From an uncultured Clostridia bacterium (GTDB lineage Bacteria > Bacillota > Clostridia > Oscillospirales > Oscillospiraceae): DNA of 64,000 bases. Position numbers and translations under genes: made by a program. Location of the stretch: positions 5,531 through 69,530 of the forward strand of contig CANSSG010000007.1 of the NCBI GenBank assembly GCA_947649615.1, in the 5' to 3' direction. Positions within the stretch are counted from its first letter, which is position 1, and the number at the start of each line of letters is the position of its first letter. Under the pieces are notes generated by a model that ran no database searches, was not told the origin of the DNA, and saw only the letters and a program-made list of their open reading frames with translations. This document shows, piece after piece, positions 36,798 to 44,364 of this stretch.

Positions 36798-39700
36798 TCA
36801 AAACCTGAGCCGGAGGTTGATCGTCTTCATTCGCGCCTCATCCACCTTGCACTCCCGCCGGTCAAAGGTCAATATCCCGTTGACCTCATCCTCTACGTCG
36901 CTGACCTGGGTGTAAACGGATGCAGATAGCCGCTGCTTCTCCATACAGGGAATGACCTCCCCCTCATACAGCGCCGCTATCGCGTCCATCAGCTCGTCCT
37001 TCGTGTGGTACATCCGGTACCCAAATAATTTATCGCTGGCGGTGTGTCCCGCCAGGGGCAGGCTGTAGCCGCCGAATTCACTGAGCGCCAAGAGACGGCG
37101 CTTGTCGTGCTTGAGCCGTACAGGCTTGAAATAAACATGCCTGCTCTTGAAATCACCGCCCCCCTGGTCGTGCCAACCGCTGGCATGGTCTACCAACCGG
37201 GTGGGGTCCTGCTCCCACAGCATTTGCGTGGCGAGAAGGCTGTCAAACTGCCCCCAGCCTTCGTTGAAGGGTACCCAAACCGCCAGGGACACCGTATTGT
37301 AAAGCAAATCCACCGTATGGCGCATATCCTGGGCAAACTGCTCCCGGGCGGCCTCGTCCTCACGGCCAAAGCGGGAATATTTGCTGTCGTTGAGCTGGAT
37401 GCCTATGAATGGGGCTGCCTGAATGACCAGCGGGTCCAGGCGCTCGCCGCCGCTTACCATGTCCTGCCAGACCAGCATCCCCAAGCGGTCGCAATGGTAA
37501 TACCACCGCAGCGGCTCTACCTTGATGTGCTTGCGCAGCATGTTGAAGCCGCATTCCTTCATCTTCTCAATGTCGTAGACCATCGCCGCATCGGACGCAG
37601 CGGTGTACAGGCCGTCGCTCCAATAGCCCTGGTCCAAAACGCCGGTCATGAAAAACGGCTTGTCATTGAGCGCGAAGACCTTTTTGCCGTCTACGGCGGC
37701 CACGCCGAATTTCCGCATCCCGAAGTAGCTCTCTACCTTGTCGCCGCCCTTCAGCGTCACCGTAACGTCGTACAAGAACGGGTCTTCCGGCGTCCAGGGG
37801 CGGAAGTTTTCTTCTGTAATCGGGAATTCCTCATACGCCCGGCTGCTGTCGTACCAGTCCTCGGCAATGACAACCCCGTCCTTGCGGACGACCACGTTGG
37901 CGCACTCCGGGTCCTTGGCCTGGATGATAAAACGCACCCGCTTGGCGTCAAAATCAGGCGTAATGGTCAGCTTTTCCACATAATTCTCCGGTACGGATTC
38001 CATCCAAACCGTCTGCCAGATGCCGCTTTGGGGCGTGTACCAGATGCCGCCGGGGTGGAAGCTCTGCTTGCCGTAGGCGTGGCGGGACCGGGACGTATCA
38101 TCCGTTACCGAGACCACCAATACGTTTTCCCCGGACGTCAGCACTTCGCTGACGTCGCAGGTAAAGGGCAGGTAGCCGCCCTCATGGCCGCCTACCGCCT
38201 TGCCGTTAACGGTTACCTGGCAGCATTGGTCCACCGCGCCGAAATGGAGCAGCACACGGTCCTTCCGGAAGCCCTCCGGCAGCGTAAAGGTCCGGCGGTA
38301 CCACAGCCTGTCCCCAGGCATGACCTTTTTCATGACGCCCGACAGGAAGCTTTCCGGGGAGAAGGGTACCACAATCTCGCCGTCATAGGCGGACGGCTCC
38401 TTCTCCTTCCGGGGGCGGATGGCGTACTGCCAGCGTCCGTTGAGGTTTAAATAGCTCTCCCGGCGGAGCTGGGGCCGGGGGTACTCCGGCAGGGGATGGT
38501 CCCGGTCCAACGCCTCCCCCCAGGGGGTATACATGGGGCGGAGCTGCCGGAGCCGGGCGGACGGCTCCCGCCTCCACAGCGCCGCCAGGGGGATGGCAAT
38601 CAGCAGCAGCAGCAGGGCTGCGGCGACAAAAATTTCCGGCGTTGGCACTTCCTTCACCACGCCCAGCTCCTCGTAGGTCTCCCCGCCGTGGCGGATGACC
38701 GCCGCGCCGATATATGGCCCGGTCACCATGGGCAGCAATACCTGGAACAGGATGCGGATGCCTTGAAACTGCCCCGCCTTATGCGGCGGGGTGTGGTCCC
38801 GGATCAACCCCTGCAGGCAGGCGGACAGCACCATGCTGGACCCCAGCATGACAGTCCCCGCCAGGATGACGAAGGCCATGCGCCGGACGAAGAACATCAG
38901 AATCAGCCCCACAAAAGCGCAGATGGCGGCGGGGACCGCTACCCGGAGCTTCCCGCGCCGGTCGATCAACCGGCCAAAGGCCACGCTGGCCACGCTGGCG
39001 GACAGCAGCACCGCGCCTAAGATGACCGCGTAATTGTCCACGCCCAGAAACCGCTGGATGTAGATGATCAAATAGGGCATGTACACCTGCTGGCTGGCGG
39101 CGTAGACCGCAAGGGCCAGCAAGGACAGGTACAGCCCCGGGTTGGCCCAGACTACGCCGGGCCGAAGGCCGTAGAAGACGTTGGCCGCATAATTCCCCCC
39201 GGCGCGGCGGAGGTTGGCCGGCTCTTGAATCAGCACATGCCCCAGGCCGCCACCCAGCATGGTCAAAGCGCCTACAATCAGGAAAAACAGCCACCATTGC
39301 CCCCGGAGGGTGAAGCCGTCCAGCAAGCCGAATACTACCAGCATGGCAAGCAAGGGCATAATGGCAAGGACTGACTCCACACGGCCCCGGTTGCCGTCGC
39401 CGGTCACATCGGTGACCCAGGCGTTGAAGGCCGCGTCGTTGGCGCTGCTGCCGAAGAAGGTCATCACGCAGTCGAGCACAATCACCAGCACCGCCGCCGC
39501 CTGCACTGCCTTCACGGGGCCTAGCAGCTTTTCCAGCCCGTTTACGTTCACCAGGGCGAAGGCCATCACGCTCAGGCCCCACAGCAGATAGCCGGTGACA
39601 ATAATGGGCTTTCGTATGCCCAGCTTGTCCGACAGGGCGCCGACCGCCAGGGTGGTAACCGCCGCCACAACCGCGCTGGCCGCTACCATGGCGGCAATCA

Positions 39701-39845
39701 TGCCGGCATCGCCGGTAATGGTGTTGTAGAGGAACACATTGAAATACATGTTCTCCACCACCCAGGCAATCTGCCCGATCAAGCCAAAGCTCAGCAGGGC
39801 CGCCCATATCCTGCCGCCCAGGGCCTTCTCTTTTTTCACTTTCAT
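36798..39845 (-). CDS. Fusion protein: N-terminal 12-TM MFS/GPH-like permease plus C-terminal glycoside hydrolase family 2
   Basis: Start at MKVKKEKALGGRIWAALLSFGLIGQIAWVVENMYFNVFLY, after GGAGGAG. 12 hydrophobic segments span roughly the first 440 aa. GH2 hallmarks then follow: EYPRPQLRRESYLNLNGRWQY, VWVPFNEGWGQ, LALSEFGGYS. Confidence 0.8.
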   Translation of the reverse strand: MKVKKEKALGGRIWAALLSFGLIGQIAWVVENMYFNVFLYNTITGDAGMIAAMVAASAVVAAVTTLAVGALSDKLGIRKPIIVTGYLLWGLSVMAFALVNVNGLEKLLGPVKAVQAAAVLVIVLDCVMTFFGSSANDAAFNAWVTDVTGDGNRGRVESVLAIMPLLAMLVVFGLLDGFTLRGQWWLFFLIVGALTMLGGGLGHVLIQEPANLRRAGGNYAANVFYGLRPGVVWANPGLYLSLLALAVYAASQQVYMPYLIIYIQRFLGVDNYAVILGAVLLSASVASVAFGRLIDRRGKLRVAVPAAICAFVGLILMFFVRRMAFVILAGTVMLGSSMVLSACLQGLIRDHTPPHKAGQFQGIRILFQVLLPMVTGPYIGAAVIRHGGETYEELGVVKEVPTPEIFVAAALLLLLIAIPLAALWRREPSARLRQLRPMYTPWGEALDRDHPLPEYPRPQLRRESYLNLNGRWQYAIRPRKEKEPSAYDGEIVVPFSPESFLSGVMKKVMPGDRLWYRRTFTLPEGFRKDRVLLHFGAVDQCCQVTVNGKAVGGHEGGYLPFTCDVSEVLTSGENVLVVSVTDDTSRSRHAYGKQSFHPGGIWYTPQSGIWQTVWMESVPENYVEKLTITPDFDAKRVRFIIQAKDPECANVVVRKDGVVIAEDWYDSSRAYEEFPITEENFRPWTPEDPFLYDVTVTLKGGDKVESYFGMRKFGVAAVDGKKVFALNDKPFFMTGVLDQGYWSDGLYTAASDAAMVYDIEKMKECGFNMLRKHIKVEPLRWYYHCDRLGMLVWQDMVSGGERLDPLVIQAAPFIGIQLNDSKYSRFGREDEAAREQFAQDMRHTVDLLYNTVSLAVWVPFNEGWGQFDSLLATQMLWEQDPTRLVDHASGWHDQGGGDFKSRHVYFKPVRLKHDKRRLLALSEFGGYSLPLAGHTASDKLFGYRMYHTKDELMDAIAALYEGEVIPCMEKQRLSASVYTQVSDVEDEVNGILTFDRRECKVDEARMKTINLRLRF

Positions 39846-39980
39846 CTGCCGCTCCTCCGTTTTCTTTTTGTGCTGCGGAACGATTCGTCCGCCAGGGGCG
39901 GACAACAGGGCGCAGCCCGCCGGGCAACGGCCTTCGGAAAATTGAGAAAGCCGTTTTTGCGCTCTTCCACTATATATAGT

Positions 39981-40009
39981 ATTATACAACCAGGGGGGGT
40001 ATCCCGCAA
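39981..40009 (-). promoter_or_regulatory. Promoter TTGCGG-17-(TG)TATAAT for the MFS-GH2 gene
   Basis: Minus strand: -35 at 40009-40004 and extended -10 TGTATAAT at 39988-39981. Confidence 0.6.
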
Positions 40010-40227
40010 GTAGTGTTTGACGAAAAAGCAATGTTAAGAAAAATTTTCACGTTCGACAGATTCCGGCAAACTTCACGGCACTGCCGGTCTATACTATGCG
40101 ACAGAGAGCGACAGCCCCCGCGCCGATTCTCCAAGCTGCGCGTTCTTTCGGGCCGCTGTCCTCCTCTCCTGTCTTATACGCCCCGCGCACTGGCGGGACC
40201 ACTATTTCATATGGAGGATCTTCTTAC

Positions 40228-40401
40228 ATGAATTATCAAAAGGAATATGCCAACCTCGTTGGGCAGATTGACCGCGCACTCTCTATCCTGGAGCTTTACC
40301 AGCCTGGCGACCCCATCGTCCGGAAAGCCGGAGATTTGCTGCTGGCCGCCCTTCGAGACGCCGAGGAACATTACTTGCAGGACACCCTGCAAGAGAAGTG
40401 A
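40228..40401 (+). CDS. Hypothetical 57-aa helical protein
   Basis: MNYQKEYANLVGQIDRALSILELYQPGDPIVRKAGDLLLAALRDAEEHYLQDTLQEK. RBS GGAGGA lies 8 nt upstream and a terminator follows directly. Confidence 0.45.
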   Translation: MNYQKEYANLVGQIDRALSILELYQPGDPIVRKAGDLLLAALRDAEEHYLQDTLQEK

Positions 40402-40471
40402 GCCGGGAGAGACCCCGCAAAGGGGTCTCTCCCGGCTCTGTGTGTCAAAAAAGATGCTTTGCATCTTTTTT
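40400..40471 (+). terminator. Tandem hairpins (17-bp GC stem, then A6GATGC-TTT-GCATCT6)
   Basis: GAGCCGGGAGAGACCCC-GCAAA-GGGGTCTCTCCCGGCTC at 40400-40438. AAAAAAGATGC/GCATCTTTTTT at 40447-40471. Confidence 0.75.
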
Positions 40472-40587
40472 GAGGAAAAGGACCGGACCGGGTGCGGCCC
40501 AGGCAAGGCAGGAATACCTGAAAGCATGGGGCGGCCGCCAATCTGATCCGCAATCCAGCGGCGGTGGCCTCCCGCCCAAAACGCCCC

Positions 40588-40616
40588 TTGCCAACTGCTC
40601 CCCGCCGGTATATAAT
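40588..40616 (+). promoter_or_regulatory. Promoter TTGCCA-17-TATAAT
   Basis: -35 at 40588-40593 and -10 at 40611-40616. Confidence 0.6.
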
Positions 40617-40656
40617 AGGTGCCGTTAAATTATGAAAAATGCGAGGAAGCGCAGCT

Positions 40657-41541
40657 ATGGCAAAGACCTTATTGTTGATTGTGAATCCCCGTGCGGGCCG
40701 TACCCGTTCGATGGCGCCGATGTTTGACGCGGCGGCGCATTTCTGCGAAGAGGGATATCATATTTCCATCCGCCGCACGGCTTACCCGGGCCATGCCGCA
40801 GAGATTGTGGAGTCGGAGGGCGGCAATTTTGACCGCATCGTCTGCTGCGGCGGGGACGGCACCCTCAATGAGACGGTGCGCGGCGTCATGACCCTGGACG
40901 CGCCGCCGCCGGTCGGCTACATCCCCGGCGGCAGCACCAATGATTTTGCGGCCAGCCTGTCCCTGACCGCCGACCCCGTCCAGGCCGCGAAGCGGATTAC
41001 GTCCAGCCAGGGGAAGCGGCTGGACGTGGGAACCTTCAACGGCCGTCCTTTTGTCTACGTAGCGTCCTTCGGCGCGTTCACCAAGGCGTCCTACAGCGCG
41101 CCCCAGTCCATCAAAAACGACCTGGGTCACCTGGCCTACCTGCTGGAGGGCGTTCGGGACCTGTCCACCCTGCGGCCCTATCCCGCCACAGTGGCCACGG
41201 AGGAAGAGGTTTTTGATGGAGATTTCCTCTTTGGCGCAATCACCAACGCAACCAGCGTCGGGGGCCTGATGAAGCTGCAAAAAGAGCAGGTCGTGCTGGA
41301 CGACGGCCTGTTCGAACTGCTCCTGGTTCCCACGCCCACCAGTGCGTCAGAGCTGCAAGAGCTGATCCGCGCCTTAGTCCTTCAGGATTTCACTGGCGGC
41401 GGCGTAGTATTCCGCCACGTTCCGGCGGTGACGGTGACCACGCCGGAGGGATTCCCTTGGACGCTGGACGGCGAATACGGCTCCGGCGCGGAGACGGTGG
41501 AGATTCAAAACCTGCGGCAAAGGCTGGAATTCCTCCTGTAA
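40657..41541 (+). CDS. Diacylglycerol/lipid kinase family protein (DagK/YegS-like)
   Basis: [15 protein letters not shown]...[11 protein letters not shown]...GGSTNDFA motifs. Confidence 0.88.
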   Translation: MAKTLLLIVNPRAGRTRSMAPMFDAAAHFCEEGYHISIRRTAYPGHAAEIVESEGGNFDRIVCCGGDGTLNETVRGVMTLDAPPPVGYIPGGSTNDFAASLSLTADPVQAAKRITSSQGKRLDVGTFNGRPFVYVASFGAFTKASYSAPQSIKNDLGHLAYLLEGVRDLSTLRPYPATVATEEEVFDGDFLFGAITNATSVGGLMKLQKEQVVLDDGLFELLLVPTPTSASELQELIRALVLQDFTGGGVVFRHVPAVTVTTPEGFPWTLDGEYGSGAETVEIQNLRQRLEFLL

Positions 41542-41674
41542 CGGCGCAGCGCGGCCCTTAAAAATAATCTGCGGAAATTATCCGCCGGTTCTGGAAACCC
41601 CCTTGCCCAACCGGGCGAGCCGTGGTATACTTTTTCCAATGGGAAACCTAAAATATACAAGGAGGACGACGACT

Positions 41675-42997
41675 ATGCTTCGCATTGATCTATCCAACAG
41701 TTCCGCCCAGGCGGAAAAATACGCCCAGGGCCTTCAGCAGGCCCACACCTGGCTCCAGGAGGCCACAGGCCGCGGCAACGACTTTGTGGGCTGGGTGAAC
41801 CTGCCCCGTGACTACGACAAGGAGGAATACGCCCGCATCCAGGCCGCCGCCAAGAAGATCCAGTCCGACAGCAAGGCCCTGGTGGTCATCGGCATCGGCG
41901 GCAGCTACCTGGGCGCCCGGGCGGTGATCGAGCTGCTTGGCTCCAATAACTACAATCTGAAAAAGAAGAACACCCCCAACATCTATTTCGCGGGCAACGG
42001 CCTGTCCGGCGACGCGATGCAGGAGATTTTCGACCTCATCGGCGACGATGATTTCTCCGTCAACGTCATTTCCAAATCTGGCACCACCACCGAGCCTGCG
42101 GTCGCCTTCCGCTTTTTCAAGGCGAAGCTGGAGGAGAAATACGGCAAGGCGGAAGCCGCCAAGCGCATCTACGCTACCACTGACAAGGCCCGCGGCGCGC
42201 TGAAATCCCTTGCTACTGCCGAGGGCTATGAGACCTACGTGGTGCCTGACGATGTGGGCGGGCGCTACAGCGTCCTCACCGCCGTAGGCCTGCTGCCCAT
42301 TGCCGTAGCGGGCATTGACCTCGGCCAGCTCATGAAGGGCGCGGCGGACATGATGGAGACCTGCCGCAAGCCCAGCCTGGCGGAGAACCCCGCCTGGCAG
42401 TACGCCGCCGCCCGCAGCGACCTGTACCAGCAGGGCAAGAAGATTGAGATTCTCGCGGCCTACGAGCCTTGCGCCCGTTTCTTTGCCGAGTGGTGGAAGC
42501 AGCTTTACGGCGAGAGCGAGGGCAAGGAGAACAAGGGCCTGTTCCCCGCCAGCGTAGAGTTCACCGCCGACCTCCACTCCATGGGCCAGTATATCCAGCA
42601 GGGCGAACGCCTGATGCTGGAAACAGTGATCCGTTTTGGCAAGAGCGCCCACACGCTTTGCGTCCCTAAGGACGAAGCGGACGGCGACGGCCTAAACTTC
42701 CTGGCCGGCAAGGACATGGACTTCATTGCGGAGCAGGCCATGGACGGCACTCTGCTGGCCCACGTAGAGGGCGGCGTCCCCAACCTGATTATCCGTGCGG
42801 GCGAGATCAACGCCTACACCTGCGGCGAGCTGATTTACTTCTTTGAGTACGCCTGCGGTCTGAGCGGCTACCTGCTGGGGGTAAACCCCTTCGACCAGCC
42901 CGGCGTGGAAGCCTACAAGAAGAACATGTTCGCCCTGCTGGGCAAGCCCGGCTACGAGGACATGACCGCGTCCCTCCGCGCCAAGCTGGGCCGCTGA
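41675..42997 (+). CDS. pgi: Glucose-6-phosphate isomerase
   Basis: MLRIDLSNS...[21 protein letters not shown]...SKSGTTTEP...; start is internal to the track ORF, after AAGGAGGA. Confidence 0.94.
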   Translation: MLRIDLSNSSAQAEKYAQGLQQAHTWLQEATGRGNDFVGWVNLPRDYDKEEYARIQAAAKKIQSDSKALVVIGIGGSYLGARAVIELLGSNNYNLKKKNTPNIYFAGNGLSGDAMQEIFDLIGDDDFSVNVISKSGTTTEPAVAFRFFKAKLEEKYGKAEAAKRIYATTDKARGALKSLATAEGYETYVVPDDVGGRYSVLTAVGLLPIAVAGIDLGQLMKGAADMMETCRKPSLAENPAWQYAAARSDLYQQGKKIEILAAYEPCARFFAEWWKQLYGESEGKENKGLFPASVEFTADLHSMGQYIQQGERLMLETVIRFGKSAHTLCVPKDEADGDGLNFLAGKDMDFIAEQAMDGTLLAHVEGGVPNLIIRAGEINAYTCGELIYFFEYACGLSGYLLGVNPFDQPGVEAYKKNMFALLGKPGYEDMTASLRAKLGR

Positions 42998-43026
42998 AAG
43001 TACCGGGAACCCTAAAAGCAGCCAGA

Positions 43027-43062
43027 AGCGCCCGGACGGCATCCGCCGTCCGGGCGCTTTTT
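43027..43062 (+). terminator. Intrinsic terminator
   Basis: AGCGCCCGGACGG-loop-CCGTCCGGGCGCT followed by TTTT. Confidence 0.85.
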
Positions 43063-43093
43063 CCAACCCGACAAAACCTCCATTTTTCCTCCC

Positions 43094-43122
43094 GTATAAT
43101 CTCCCCTGCCAGGGGAAAACTG
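43094..43122 (+). promoter_or_regulatory. Candidate forespore-type (sigmaF/sigmaG-like) promoter
   Basis: GTATA at 43094-43098, a 14-nt spacer, then GGGAAAACTG at 43113-43122. This fits GTATA ... GGnnAnAhTr as I remember the B. subtilis sigmaF consensus. Confidence 0.4.
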
Positions 43123-43156
43123 CCTTTGTAAGTTTTCACCAAGGGGGGTTGAGGAC

Positions 43157-43927
43157 GTGCAGGGAAAGGTGGAGATCTGCGGCGTAAACACGTCAAAACT
43201 GAAAGTACTGCGCAACGAAGAAACCATGGAGCTTCTGCGCCGGACCAAGGAGGGGGACAAGGACGCCCGGGAAAAGCTCATCAGCGGCAACCTGCGCCTG
43301 GTGCTGTCGGTAATCCAGAAATTTACCGGGCGCGGGGAGAACGCCGACGACCTGTTCCAAGTAGGGTGCGTAGGCCTGATTAAGGCCATCGACAACTTCG
43401 ACATCAACCAGCCGGTGCGTTTTTCCACCTATGGGGTGCCGATGATCGTAGGCGAAATCCGCCGCTACCTCCGGGACAACAGCGCCATCCGAGTCAGCCG
43501 GAGCCTGCGGGACACAGCGTACAAGGTGATGCAGGCCCGGGAGAAGCTGATGGCCCAATCCCAGCGGGAGCCGACGGTGGAGCAGCTTGCGGCGGAGCTG
43601 GGCATACCCCGGGAGGACGTGGTATTCGCCATGGACGCCATCACGGACCCGGTGAGCCTGTTCGAGCCGGTGTATTCCGACAGCGGGGACACGGTTTGCG
43701 TCATGGACCAGGTAAAGGATACGAAGAACACGGACGAGCACTGGCTGGAGCATATTGCCTTAAAGGATGCCCTGGCGCGCCTGGGGGAGCGCGAAAAGCA
43801 CATTTTGGCCCTGCGCTTCTATGAGGGCAAAACCCAGATGGAGGTTTCCGCCGAGGTAGGCATTTCCCAGGCCCAAGTGAGCCGTTTGGAGAAGAACGCG
43901 CTGAAAACCATCCAGAAAAACATTTGA
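43157..43927 (+). CDS. sigG: Sporulation sigma factor SigG
   Basis: GTG start. (M)QGKVEICGVNTSKLKVLRNEE...GNLRLVLSVIQKFTGRGENADDLFQVGCVGLIKAIDNFD...FSTYGVPMIVGEIRRYLRDN...GISQAQVSRLEK is nearly colinear with B. subtilis SigG. Confidence 0.9.
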   Translation: MQGKVEICGVNTSKLKVLRNEETMELLRRTKEGDKDAREKLISGNLRLVLSVIQKFTGRGENADDLFQVGCVGLIKAIDNFDINQPVRFSTYGVPMIVGEIRRYLRDNSAIRVSRSLRDTAYKVMQAREKLMAQSQREPTVEQLAAELGIPREDVVFAMDAITDPVSLFEPVYSDSGDTVCVMDQVKDTKNTDEHWLEHIALKDALARLGEREKHILALRFYEGKTQMEVSAEVGISQAQVSRLEKNALKTIQKNI

Positions 43928-43978
43928 CATAGGACATTCCCGGGGGCGCATAGACTCCTCTTGAGAGGGGTGAGAGCC

Positions 43979-44263
43979 ATGCAGTGCAGGATGGTAGAGC
44001 TGCGGTGCAAAGAGGTCATCAATATATGCGACGGGTGCCGTTTAGGGTATGTAGGGGACGTAGAGGTGATGCTGCCCGAGGGCAGGGTGGCGGCGCTGGT
44101 GGTGCCTGGGCCGTGCCGGTTTTTCGGATTATTTGGCCGCGGGGAAGAATTTTATATCCCCTGGGAGTGCATCAAGCAGGTAGGGGACGATATCATCCTG
44201 ATTGACAAGCCGGTGCAGCGCCGCCCTCCCTACAAGCGGACCCACCGCAAGGGGTTCCTATAG
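43979..44263 (+). CDS. YlmC/YmxH-family sporulation protein (PRC barrel)
   Basis: ...MVELRCKEVINICDGCRLGYVGDVEVMLPEGRVAALVVPG.... The ATG at 43979 has the better RBS; the ATG at 43991 is an alternative start. Confidence 0.8.
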   Translation: MQCRMVELRCKEVINICDGCRLGYVGDVEVMLPEGRVAALVVPGPCRFFGLFGRGEEFYIPWECIKQVGDDIILIDKPVQRRPPYKRTHRKGFL

Positions 44264-44270
44264 GATAACA

Positions 44271-44304
44271 GCAGAAGCCAGCCGGCATGCCGGCTGGCTT
44301 CTGC
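44271..44304. terminator. 16-bp perfect hairpin between convergent genes (no clear U-tract)
   Basis: GCAGAAGCCAGCCGGC-AT-GCCGGCTGGCTTCTGC. Confidence 0.5.
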
Positions 44305-44364
44305 GCGTCAAAAAGATGAAGCTTGCTTCACGCCTGCGGAGGGCGTTTTTGACCGTCTGAACGA

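Noticed and set aside
37044-39927. Plus-strand ORF 37044-38450 (468 aa) and minus-strand alternative-frame ORF 38779-39927 (382 aa).
   Set aside because: They overlap the MFS-GH2 gene. Their translations are Arg/Gly/Pro-rich with no TM helices or GH motifs.
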